Assembly (NCBI RefSeq): GCF_044704955.1
Contig: NC_091984.1
Coordinates: 177,816,001 to 177,880,000, forward strand
Source: Pristiophorus japonicus
Lineage: Eukaryota
Reading direction: 5' to 3'
DNA: 64,000 nucleotides
The notes beneath the pieces were generated by a model that worked only from the letters and a program-made list of their open reading frames with translations, was not told where the DNA came from and did no database searches. Shown piece after piece: positions 23,564-34,420 of this stretch. Positions within the stretch are counted from its first letter, which is position 1; the number at the start of each line of letters is the position of its first letter. A program made the position numbers and the translations under genes.

Positions 23564-25233
23564 CTAGTCGAGGGGATTACGAGCTTTCCACAGCTCTTCT
23601 ACGTTGGGGTATAGGTTAGCGGGAGATGGTTTCTCCACAACCGCTGACTTTTCGCTATCCGACTTAGTCTCCTTTCACCCTTCTCTGTTCCCGGGACGCA
23701 GTGTTGCTTCCACATAGAATACATCGCTCCTGTTGGGATTCCATCAATTTTTCCCTTGGGGACCCCTGCCTTTAGTAAAGCCGTGAACATGTCCAGTCGC
23801 ATAAATCTTTTTTTTGTCTTTCCTGACCCTATATCTTTCCCAGAGGTAGAACCTTGACACTGGTTCCGATCCCCCTCTACATTAGCCATTCTTGACTCTC
23901 GCACACTATCTTCTGCATCCTCTAACTGTCCTAACAATAGGCAAGTGTGCCCCACTCGCTGCCCTTGGGCTGGTCCCAATAATGCGAGTAGCGCACCCCT
24001 CATCATAGGAGGGCCACTCTTCATCAGCCTGCTCCGCATTCCTGCCGTAAAGAGCTCCGGATATGGCCCCTCATATTGTTGGTGACATGTTCCTCCCTGT
24101 GTTGCCATGTTGCGCAACTGTATCGCACCCTCTGCCATAGTATTCCAAGGTTTTACCTCCCCTTCCCAATCAATGGCAGAGGGATATTTTTCCCGGACCC
24201 GGATAGTAACCATGTCCCATAGCGAACCTGTGCCCTGGACATTCCGTAGCACTGTTTTGATATGGTGGTCCGTAGTCATAGTCCCCATTTTTGTTAATTC
24301 TTCGGGGTTAAGTATTATGCCTGATGCTCCCTGGTCCCAAATCCGGGTTAGCCATTCTGACAATGATTTCCCGGGTTTTTGACGAAATCGAGACCCTATT
24401 TCTTGTAACTCACTAGTGGTGAAGTCACGCACCCCTCAAGTGGTTACCGGCTGTTCCCCATCTTGCTGTTTCATTTTATTTGTCATAAGGGGTCTAGCTT
24501 CCGTGCCCGGAGTGTATGGATGAGGGTCTTTAATTTCCTCCCGTTCCCCCACCTCTCCATCTGTCCATTCATAGTCTGAGTCAAAGGAGTACCAGATATT
24601 TTTGGTGCACCACCCACAATTTTTTCCAGCTTGTATACATTCCCCTCATGATTCTGCATTGGCTTTTAAACACTCACTGGGGTCTGATTGAGCAATTGCA
24701 AACCACATGCAGCAGTAAATCAGTGCCATACAAAGGATATATTTCAAATTCATCTGTAATTTGTATCGCCTGGCTTTCTTTTTATTTTGTACTGTCGCCA
24801 GATGGCATATTAAAGCTTCTGATTGTTCACTGAACTTATCCGCCCGTCCTTGTGCAGTGCGGACCACTTCAGTCAGGGTCGCGTTTTGAATTTCCAAAAC
24901 CTTAACAGCTGTTTTTAACTGTAGGTTTTCTGCCTCACTTTCCTTAAATTGTTTACACATCGCCCTTAAGGCTATCAACAAAACCCATCCCATTTGTGAG
25001 GGACGATTTTTCTCCTGTGGGAAGCTCGCTTCCTCCAGGAGAGAGAGTACCGCGTGGAGTACGGCTCTATCTTTGTTCTGTTCCAATAACGGCGTATCCC
25101 CATGTTGCGCAGGTCCAAACCGGGCTAGCACCTTGACAAGAGAGCCAAAACTCTCATCCCTCGTGCCCCACCCTGGTATTCTATACTTCTCTCCCGCAGG
25201 AGGAGACTGCTTCTTGTCTTTTCTCTTAAACAT
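23564..25233 (-). pseudogene. gag: ERV gag (ERV-L/Fv1-type), two premature stops and a late frameshift, carrying a host insert
   Basis: Starts MFKRKDKK. CA-like FTTSELQEIGSRFRQKPGKSLSEWLTRIWDQG, then LLKAGVPKGKIDG. No Cys-His knuckle. Ends ..NPLD TAG at 23566-23564. Confidence 0.9.
24598..24753 (-). pseudogene. itgb1: Captured, intronless 5' fragment of integrin beta-1 (signal peptide plus start of PSI domain) inside gag
   Basis: [51 protein letters not shown] versus recalled human ITGB1 [51 protein letters not shown]. The only lesion is Cys>TGA at 24648-24646. Confidence 0.93.
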
Positions 25234-25241
25234 TTTACCAG

Positions 25242-25259
25242 ATCCTGTTCGTGACGCCA
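25242..25259 (-). other. Primer binding site, tRNA-Ser
   Basis: The plus strand reads ATCCTGTTCGTGACGCCA, matching the recalled 3' 18 nt of a vertebrate tRNA-Ser(CGA). It lies 3 nt from the 5' LTR. Confidence 0.85.
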
Positions 25260-25262
25260 AAA

Positions 25263-25813
25263 TGTTTTGGATCAATAATATAGTCCCAGGTTCGGGATCT
25301 GGATGAAAGTTAAATAAGAGACAAGACAAATTAAGTAAAGAATAAAACACCGTTTACTGAGAGAAAAGAAACATTAATAATAAGTTTACGAAGAAAAGAG
25401 AAGTATGATAAGATGCAACAACACTCACGGTCTTCTGCCCGTCGGGAACTCCACAAGCGATGGCTGGTCTGGAGCATTGGGGGTCCTGGCACCGCTCGCG
25501 AATCACAGTCCAAGGTGAAGTTCAAAGAGCTACGGAACAGTGCTGTACCTTTATACTATCAGATAATCATACTATTGAACAAAACATGGGTGCATGTGGC
25601 TTATGACCCACTCCTAATCTGAAAGGCCCCAGGTGCTTGTTCACAAAGCATGAGACCTCGAGCCGCGGACCGTCTCATAACAAGCTGGTGTGCGTCTCAA
25701 GTCTGCTTTCCCTCTCTCTCTCTAGCAACAAGGTCCACGAGGATGAAGCAGAGTCACACTGTAAATGACTAAATATCATAATTAACCCTATATTATTAAC
25801 CCTATACAACACA
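25263..25813 (-). repeat. 5' LTR (551 bp)
   Basis: Pairs with 17891-18444 and is followed by the PBS on the minus strand. TATAAA at 25555-25550, AGTAAA at 25358-25353. Confidence 0.95.
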
Positions 25814-25859
25814 ATATTGGAGACTTTTTGGTATTCTTTTATCGCTAATTGAAAAGCAT

Positions 25860-26450
25860 CACAAATCATAACAAACAGTGGCCGAATAACTGGTGAAACG
25901 TAAGGTGAATAAATCACAGGAGCTGGATAAACAGTGTACGATAATTCTTAAGGAAATGACGGAGGAAATTGCAGTAACCTTGGCACAAATCTTCCAGAAA
26001 TCACAGAATACTGTGGACTGAAGAATGGTAGAGGTGTTTACAAAAGCTAGCATAAGTGACCCATTGTGTTTGACGTGCATTCTGGGCTAAGTTATGGATA
26101 CCTTTATTAAAGATAAGTTCATGGAACATTTTGTAGAAACAAAGTAATTAAACATTGTCAATATGCTTGCCTGAAGAAGAGGTTGTGCCTATCAAACTTC
26201 CTGGTTTTGTTCGTAGGTGTGCGAAAGGCGTTTCATGGGGCTGAGGTGTTCTTGGATTTCATACATTTCTTCCAAAAAGCAAGCACTGAAAATGTAGCAT
26301 GCAGGAATTAGCGGAAATATTTTACTGCGGAAACCTTATAGTTAGATCATCAGCCCTGGAGAATGTAACCAGTGGCATCCCATAACGGATAGAGACTCCA
26401 AAACTGAACAAGATAATATCGGAAGGATTTGAATATGCTTGTGAATTGAG
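25860..26450 (+). mobile_element. Old CR1 RT fragment
   Basis: Degenerate KVNKS.G.D....ILKE..EEIA..L..IFQKS motif. Paralog at 57990-58148. Confidence 0.55.
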
Positions 26451-26913
26451 AAAGCAGGTGTCAGATAAAAAATTATCTACAGAAATCTATAGTGTCACAT
26501 ATGGGGACAAATGCTTAAGAAATGAACTATTACTCCGTGACTCCTGTGTTGTTAACTTGCCAGCGAGCTCCATTGCTTTTCGACTTTCTCTTTGGCTTTC
26601 CGTTGCCATCCTTTTCCCTTTCTCCCAATCTCGTCTATTCCGCTAATACTGGATGCATTTTAGCCCTGAATACAAGTTCAATCTGCAAGTTTAAAATTAC
26701 CTCGGCCCACCGCACATGCCCAGATCATGCTTGCTCCTTGGTTCCAACAGTGAGCACTGAATCTTTGCTTAAATTAGGCTTTCAAATTGCAAGACTACTT
26801 CGCTGGACTGCTTTGTAAGATTCAGCTGCGGAGTCTCTTATCTTCTATTCAGTTACTTAAGTTTTAAAGGAATGTTTTTCGCCTACAGCTCATCCCCAGA
26901 ACTGCTGTTACCT

Positions 26914-28735
26914 CATCATCATAGGAAGTCCCTCCGGATCGATGAAGACTTGCTTCCACTCAACATGAGTTCTTTGGTGGCTGTACAGTCCAATACGAAA
27001 ACCACAGCCTCTGTCACATGTAGAACAGATCGTCATTGAGGGAAGGGGTGGGTAGGACTGCTTTGCCGCACGTTCTTTCTGTTGCCTGCACTTGATTTCT
27101 GCATGCTCTCGATGACGAGACTTGAGTTGCTCAGCACCCTCCCAGATGCACTTACTCCACTTAGGACAGTCTTTGGCCAGGGACTCCCAAGTGTCAGTGG
27201 GGATGTTACACTTTTCAGAGAAGCTTTGAGGGTGTCCTTGTATTGGTTCCGCTGCCCACCTTTGGCTCGTTTGCCATGAAGGAGTTACGAGTAGAGTGCT
27301 TGCTTTGGGAGTCTCGTGTCTGGCATGTAAACTATGTGGCCTGCCGAGTGGAGCTGATAAAATGTGGGCAGTGCTTCAAGATTAGGGATGTTGGCCTAGC
27401 CGAGGACGCTAACGTTGGTGTGCCTGTCCTCCCAGGGGATTTGTAGGATCTTGCGGAGACATCATTGTTGGTATGTCTCTAGCGACTTGAGGTGTCTGCT
27501 GTACATGGTCCATCTTTCTGAGCCATACAGGTCAGCGGATATTACTACAGTCCTGTAGACCATGAGCTTGGTGGCAGTTTTGAGGGCCTGGTCTTCAAAC
27601 ACTCTTTTCCTCAGCCAGTCGAAGGCTGCACTGGCGCACTGGAGGCGGTGTTAGATCGCACCTTCAATGCTTGCTCTTGTTGATAGCAGGCTGCAGAGCT
27701 GTGGCAAGTGGTCCACGTTTTCCAGGGCCCCGCCATGGATCTTGATGACTGGGGGGCAGTGCTGTGCGGCAACGACAGGCTGGTCTTACTGATATTTGTC
27801 GTAAGCCCCATGCTTTCGTACGTCTCAGTAAATATGTCGACTACGTCCGGGAGTTCAGCCTCTGTATGTGTGCAGACGCAGGTGTCGTCCGCTTACTGTA
27901 GGTCAACGACAGAGGTTGGGTTGGTCTTGGACCTGGCCTGGAGATGGCGAAAGTTGAACAGGTTCCCACTGGTTCTGTAGTTTATTTCCACTCCAGTGGG
28001 AAGCTTGCCGACTGTGAGATGGAGCATGGCAGTGAGGAAGATTGAGAAGAGGGTTGGGGCGATGACACAGCTCTGCTTGACCCCAGTCCGGACATGTATT
28101 GGGTCTGTGATGGATCCGTTAGTAAGGATCACAGCCTGCATATCGTTGTGGAGCAGGTGGAGGATGGTGATGAACATTTGGGGGCATCCGAAACAGAGGA
28201 TACGCCATAGACCCTCGTGGTTGATAGTGTCAAAGGCCTTTGTAAGGTCGAAGAAGGCCGTGTATAAGGTCTGGCGCTGTTCCCTACATTTTTCCTACAG
28301 GTTTCACGCTGCAAAAATCATGTCCGTTGTGCCCCATAGGGGACGAAATCCACTCTGTGGCTCCGGGAGGAGCTATTCGGCCACAGGGAGAAGACAGTTG
28401 AGGTGGACTCTAGAGATGACTTTCTCAGTGGCTGATAGCAGGGAGATTCCTCTGTAGTTGCCGCAGTTGGTCTGGTCCCCTTTTTTAAAAATTGTCATGA
28501 TGACTGCATCTCTGAGATCTCCCGGCATGCTGTCCTTCCGCCAGATGCGGGAGATGAGGTCCTGTATTCGTGCCAACAGTGCCTCTCCACCATACTTCTG
28601 TGCCTCAGCAGGGATTGCATCTGCACGTGTAGACTTTTTGTTTTTAAGCTGTCTTATGGCTTTTTCTACCTCGTGCAGTGTTGGCATCTTACTGAGGTGG
28701 TGGTGGGTAGCATGCTGCGGGATGGAGTCGCAGAG
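26914..28735 (-). mobile_element. 5'-truncated RTE-clade LINE
   Basis: EVEKAIRQLKN, NYRGISLLS and GVKQSCVIAPTLF motifs, (ATG)n tail, TACCT flanks at 26909-26913 and 28736-28740. Absent from the paralogous site near 60160. Confidence 0.88.
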
Positions 28736-29399
28736 TACCTACTGAGCTTATGACTACCCTACTGGCTTTATTGGTTTATCAGTGTAATTTTACGACATTG
28801 TGGATCCTGGCCTGAAATGTACTCCCCTGGACCAAGTCCATTGTTCTGCTGCCGTTGGATCTTATAGTGATCTCCAACTTTGTCTCCATTGTTCTGCCTT
28901 GCTATCGATTCTGCACCCCTCCTTGCTCTTCATTCCTACGGAAATACAGCCAGTCATGCATCCTCGGATACTCATCAGAGCCATCAAATAGCTTCTGGAC
29001 CCACTTGCCCTCTACATTTGTCTCTGAACATGGATACCAGTTCGAAGATGCTTCAAGCTGACTCCACTCTATCTAACTCAACTTTGTTCCACCGCCAGAA
29101 CACTGACTTTAACTTTGGACTCCCTCTTAATGTCTCCTCCCCATTTCCGTTTATTACTGGGACATATCTATTCTAATCTTGCTACTTAACCGCCTCTGCC
29201 GAACTTGAGTTTCCCTGTATCCATTCGTTTGCACGTTTGGCTGCCACTTGGCCTATTCATTTGTATTTCCTCTTTTTTCTTTGTATTTACTGCTCCCAGA
29301 CGCCATTCTTTTGCCGCCATGCCTCCTATCAGTTCACCCCTCTCAGGTAGACGGCAACGCCACCACCACCCCCTCCCCAACTCCATACCCCAATCTATC

Positions 29400-31795
29400 A
29401 GCACTCATTGAGTGCTTCTTACTCTTCTGCCGCCATCGTAGGCTTGACACCCTCATTGGTAAGGCTACAGCTTACGTCTATGACTCCATTGGCATCCCCA
29501 CATAGCCCATCGTGGCATTTTTCGATGTCAACTGATGTGTAGCAGTATGAACTTCCCCACCCTACTCTCCTTTCAACCTTCCCGCCCAGCTCGCCCGCTG
29601 GGGTCTAATCTTACCAATCTCCTATCCACCACACTCACTCATCCCAGCGCTGCCCCTGTGGACTCTGACAACGAATCAGCTCTCACCGCCCCTTTATGCT
29701 TCTCCTTCTAGAATTCTCATTCACTTGTGACCAATGTCCTTGCCATCGGTGAGTTTATTCTAGATGAATGCATCGACATCATGATCTTGACAGAAACATG
29801 GCTGACAGGTGAGAATGCCTTACCATTTAATGATGGCACATTCCTGACTATGCCTTTCCCCACTGTCTCTGTCCAGACAACCGCAGTAGCAGTGTGGCTC
29901 TTAACACTAAACTGCACGTGGGTCTGTCCCACTACTCTTCTGGCACCTTTTGATCCAACAAGCATCTCACCGTGTTCAAAACCTCGAGGCTCTCATTTAA
30001 CTTGATTGTTATCTATCACCAAATTTCTCACCAAGATATCTTCACACCCTTCCTCTCTCATCCTCTAAACCAATTGACTTCTCAGCCTCATTGATTTCAA
30101 CATCCATCTCAACCCTCTCAACTTTACCAAGTCACTTGGCTTCTCTGTTCCCATTGTGTCAATCACAGGCCATGCAATCTCTGATCACTTTCTTGAATCC
30201 CTTTTCACTCACATCCCCTTCCATTTCCCCTTTGCAATGTCACTTTATTCCGTGCCCTCCTGAAAAAAAACGCTCACACAATTCATTTATAATGGCACTT
30301 TCGAATTCTTAACTATCTAGCTATTGGCTGTCCATTCACCATTATATTTCTGCAGTTATTGATCTGCTCTGCCATGCTATCCTCTGTCAAAACTATTCAC
30401 TATCCTAGGATCATCCTGGAATTAAAAGATAATATCTGGCATCACTTCTCCACTACACAATGTTGCACCCGCTCCGCTGCATGCTTCATCCTCATCACCA
30501 GTATGTGTGAGGAGTTCATGCCTTTCTTTATCGTTAAGATTGAGACCATTCATTCAGCTCTCGCTTCTGCTTCCCTATCTTTCCCTAGGCAGAAAAGGCA
30601 AACATCCGCTAAGGTTCCCTGCTGCCCTGCCTTGAACTCACTCCTTTCGCTTGTTCCTCATCTGTCTTAACTGATGCCCTCTCTGAACCCATCTTGTCCA
30701 TGAGACGCACCTCCTGCTCCCTTGACCCAATTCCTATTGACCACTCAAGTTCCCTTCGTGGTCCCTCAGGTTGCTGATATTGTTAACGGTTCGCTCTCTT
30801 CAGGAATTATGCCCCTCCCCTTCAAAACTGTCATAACCAACCTCCTGCTCAAAAAGCCTAACTGTAACCACTCTGTCCTTACAAACTAACGTACCATCTC
30901 CAAACTGCCTTTCCTCTCCAAAGCCATTGAACATATTTTTGCCTCCCAAATCCGTGACCATCTTACATGCAACTCCATGTTTGAACATACGTTCAGGTTT
31001 CGGCCCCTCCCTGGGCACTGAAACGGCCCTCAGAAACGACAAATGAAATCTTGTGTGAATGTGGCATTTTATACTTCCTCATCTTTCTCGACTTGCCTGC
31101 AGACTTTAACATGGCTGAACACGTTATCCTCCTCCAATGTCTCTTTTCCATCATCCAACTTGGTGGGATTCCACCCTTGCATCAGCTCATCTGTTGCTGA
31201 ATCCCTCATCCATATCTTTGTTACATCTGGACTTGTCTATTCTAATGCTATGTTGGCCTGCCTCCCAAATTTGACCCTCTACAAACTTGAACACATCTAA
31301 AACTATGCTTCCCTTATCATTACTCGCACCACATTCTGTTCAGCTATCAGTCCTTTGCTTCCTGAACAACATTTGTTCACGTTCCGGCAAAACCTCAATT
31401 TTAAAAATCTCATCATGTTTTCAAATCCCTCCTCCCTTGCCTATCCTTAGCTCTCTAACGTTCTTCAGCCCTAAAATCCTCCGATATATCTGCGCTTCTC
31501 CAATTCTGGCCTATTGCTCATTCCTAATTTTAACCGCTACATCATTGATGTTAGTGCCTTCAGCTGCCTGGACCCTATGCTCTGGAATTCCTTCTATAAG
31601 CCTCTCTGGCTCTCTACCTCTCTCTATTTCGTTAAGATACTCCTTAAAACCAAGCTCCTTGACCAAGCTTTTGGTCATATGTCCAAGCATTTTCTTTTGT
31701 GGCTTGGTGTCAATTTTTATAACATCCCTGAGAAGCGTCTTGGGACGTTTTTCTAAGTCAAGGGCGCTTTATAAATGAATGTTATTGTTGTCTAT
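29400..31795 (+). mobile_element. Degenerate L2 LINE (endonuclease, RT, 3' end)
   Basis: ILTETWL in ORF 29727-30005, ISKLPFLSK region near 30900, L2-type 3' end. Paralog at ~60700-62070. Confidence 0.7.
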
Positions 31796-32844
31796 GTTGT
31801 TGGAACAAAAATAAATTGCTGAGTAATGAAGGAGATCATGAGGTCTTAACGGACTTTAAACTGGAGCTATCACAACAATCCTCGGTGGCAGTGAGTAAAG
31901 TAAATCTGACATTGGGGCGCATTAATAGGTCAATATTGAGCTGAAATAGTAAGGTAACCCTCTCACTTTATAACTCGTTGGTCCAGCAGTACTTAGAATA
32001 TGGTATACAGTCCTGTTCATCAGAGTACTGCAGCTATTGAAAGGATAAAGTAGAACAACCAATATGATTGAAGCGATGCAGCAATGGATTGTGAGGAGCA
32101 GTTATGTAAATTGGGCATTTTCTCGCTGGAAATGATGCAAATGAGATAGAGTAGTTTCCGAAATAATATTTTGAGATACAGTATAGCAGCAATTTGAGAC
32201 GTGACATGTGGTATATTTAGGACGCTGGGGGGAACATGTGCTTTGGGAGGTATAATTTACAAAGGTCTCCACCATTCGTGCTTTCCTCGCATCACATCCC
32301 TTTCTGTTATAAACAAATTGTAGAGATTGATTGGTCTAATTAGTCAACCGTTCCATCATCGTTGATGATGCGACTTCCCGGATGGCAATAGGTAACTCGA
32401 TGGACCATGTTTTCTCTCCCGTCCAGAAACCCCTAAGCTCCTGATAATAGATTAATAAAAAACATTGATTAGAACAGGTATGGGGGAAGTATTCAAAAAG
32501 GAAACGATAAAAGAGGAATGAGCAACAACAAAAAAAAAACACAGATTCCAAAACGGAAAGCAGTGGAACACAGTAACTTGCAGGGCATGTATTCGATGTC
32601 TGACACCAAAAAGAAAAAAAAAGATTAATGATAGATGCGTTGGGACAAGAACACAAACAGACGTTAAAGGAAGAGAGTGAACATTAGGAACTAACGTGAG
32701 CTGTCCAACACAAAACAAAAACACAGAGACACTCAGGACTGACAAGGGAAAAAGAGAAGGATCAACTGATTTAAAATAAAAACGGGGAGCGCAGAAGGCG
32801 AAAAGTGCAAACAGTGATGATATGTTACTGTATATCCTGTTTCA

Positions 32845-34100
32845 GCAACAGCAACAGTAATTTGTATTGAAACGTTCCAGGGCGCTTCATCGACGTGTTA
32901 TCCAACAAAACATTGACACCGATCACATAAAGAGATATTATGGCAGGTGAAAGAGGTAGGTTTTAAGGACCGTCCTGAACGAGAAGCCAGAGAAAGAGAG
33001 GGGAGAGGTTTAAGGAGTGAATTCCAGAACTGCAGAACTTTAGTAGCTGGAGGCATGGCTGCCAGTGGTAGGGAAATCGAGATTCGAAATGCACGAAAGA
33101 CCAGAATTTGTGGAGAGTAGATATCTCGGAGGGTTCAGATCTGGAGGAGGTTACAGAGATAAAGAACGGCTAAACCATGAATTTTCAAATCGAACCTTTG
33201 CCAGTATAAGTCAGCGAGCACAGAGGTGAGGTGTGAACAGGACTTGGTACGAGATAGGATACGGGCAGCAGAGTTTTGGAAAACACAAATTTATGGAGTG
33301 ATTTAAATTGTGGCCGGCCAAGAGATCATTGAAATAGTCAAGACTAGAGGTAACAAGGGCATGGCTGAGTGTTCCAACAGAAGATGAGCTGAGCGAGGGG
33401 TGGAGATAGGCAATCATTTCAAAGGCTGCAGGCAGGTGAAGAACTATGAGGAAGGAAAGTTTAATATGGTCACAATCACGTAGGATCTCATATGTGTCTT
33501 TGATAATGGCCGTTTCAGGCAACCTTGGTAACCTGATTGTAGGGATATAAGCTTGAAGTTATGGATAAGATTGGCACTAATTTAGGGGGAAAAACAAGCT
33601 CAAACACTTTAGAGAGGAAAGGGAGTTTGGAGATGGGGTGGTAGTTTGCATAAATAGAGGGGTCATCTGTGGATTTTTTGATGAGAGGGGTGATGACGCC
33701 AAATATATTTTGGAGCAGCACAGTACCGCAAAAGAGGGAACTGTACACAATAATAGCGAACAAGGGAAGTTCGGTGATCAGCAGTTTGGTGGAAGTACGG
33801 TCTAAGGAGCAGGAAGTTGGCCTCGGGGATAATATGAACCCGGAGAGGGCATATGGGGAGATCAGAGAGAAGTGCGAGGAAAATGCGAGTTCCGTACTAG
33901 ATCAGATGGCGGGGAATGTTAGGGGAAGTTTGGATTTGGGGGCTGGGGGAAGGATGGGAAGAGGCAGAGGCAGCTGAACGAATGCTCTCAATCTTAGTGA
34001 GAAATAAGTCCATGAGCACCTCGCACCTGTTGGAGGTGAGAATGGAGGAGGCAGGGGAGAGAGGTTTAAGAAGTCACTTGGTAGTGGAGATGAGATGCCG
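32845..34100 (-). mobile_element. Degenerate L2 LINE
   Basis: NYHPISKLPFLSKVFE (33515-33763) and ALVTSSLDYFN (33211-33522). Paralog at 63205-64000. Confidence 0.75.
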
Positions 34101-34169
34101 GGGCTTTAAGTGGAGGCCAGACGCCAAAATGCCTGGTGGGAAAGTAATAAACATCAGAGCTGAGTGAAA

Positions 34170-34420
34170 GATTGGACATGAGAAATTTTACTGGATTCAT
34201 ATCCAGAGAATAGGAGTTGAAATTCCATGTTACCAGTTTCAGAATTTGAATTCAGTTTTTAAAATCTGTAAACAAAAAGCAATAAACGTGGCCATGATGC
34301 CATTGGATTGTTGTAAAAACCCAACTGCTCCACTAATGTCTCTTAACGAAGGAAACATACTGTCCTTATCGCTTCTGGCATATATGCGAATCCAGTCCCA
34401 AATAGTAAGATTTTCTTTTT
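34170..34420 (+). mobile_element. SINE, same family as 11245-11700
   Basis: Reverse complement aligns with the 11460-11630 segment. Confidence 0.45.

Larger units (their letters stand above)
17891..25813 (-). mobile_element. Full-length class III endogenous retrovirus (ERV-S/ERV-L-like) with env, 7923 bp, defective
   Basis: TG...CA LTR pair, 5-bp TSD ATATT (17886-17890 and 25814-25818), PBS, PPT and gag-pro-pol-env order. RT motifs LPHGYLHSPTLCHGL and HYIDD. Confidence 0.96.

Noticed and set aside
23595-23620. LYPNVEEL as an ALIX-binding late domain
   Set aside because: Spacing is not the canonical LYPxL or LYPx3L and it cannot be supported from one decayed copy.
23599-24432. Domesticated Fv1-like restriction gene
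   Set aside because: It sits in a whole provirus, with upstream stops, no ATG start and a frameshifted end, consistent with neutral decay.
24598-24753. A genuine itgb1 gene overlapping the window
   Set aside because: Only 52 codons, intronless, flanked by gag on both sides, and no other integrin exons seen.
25234-25350. N-terminal extension of the ORF-track protein 24646-25350 (MFYSLL..)
   Set aside because: It starts at a non-ATG codon inside the LTR and crosses the PBS. The ATG at 25233 is the more plausible gag start.
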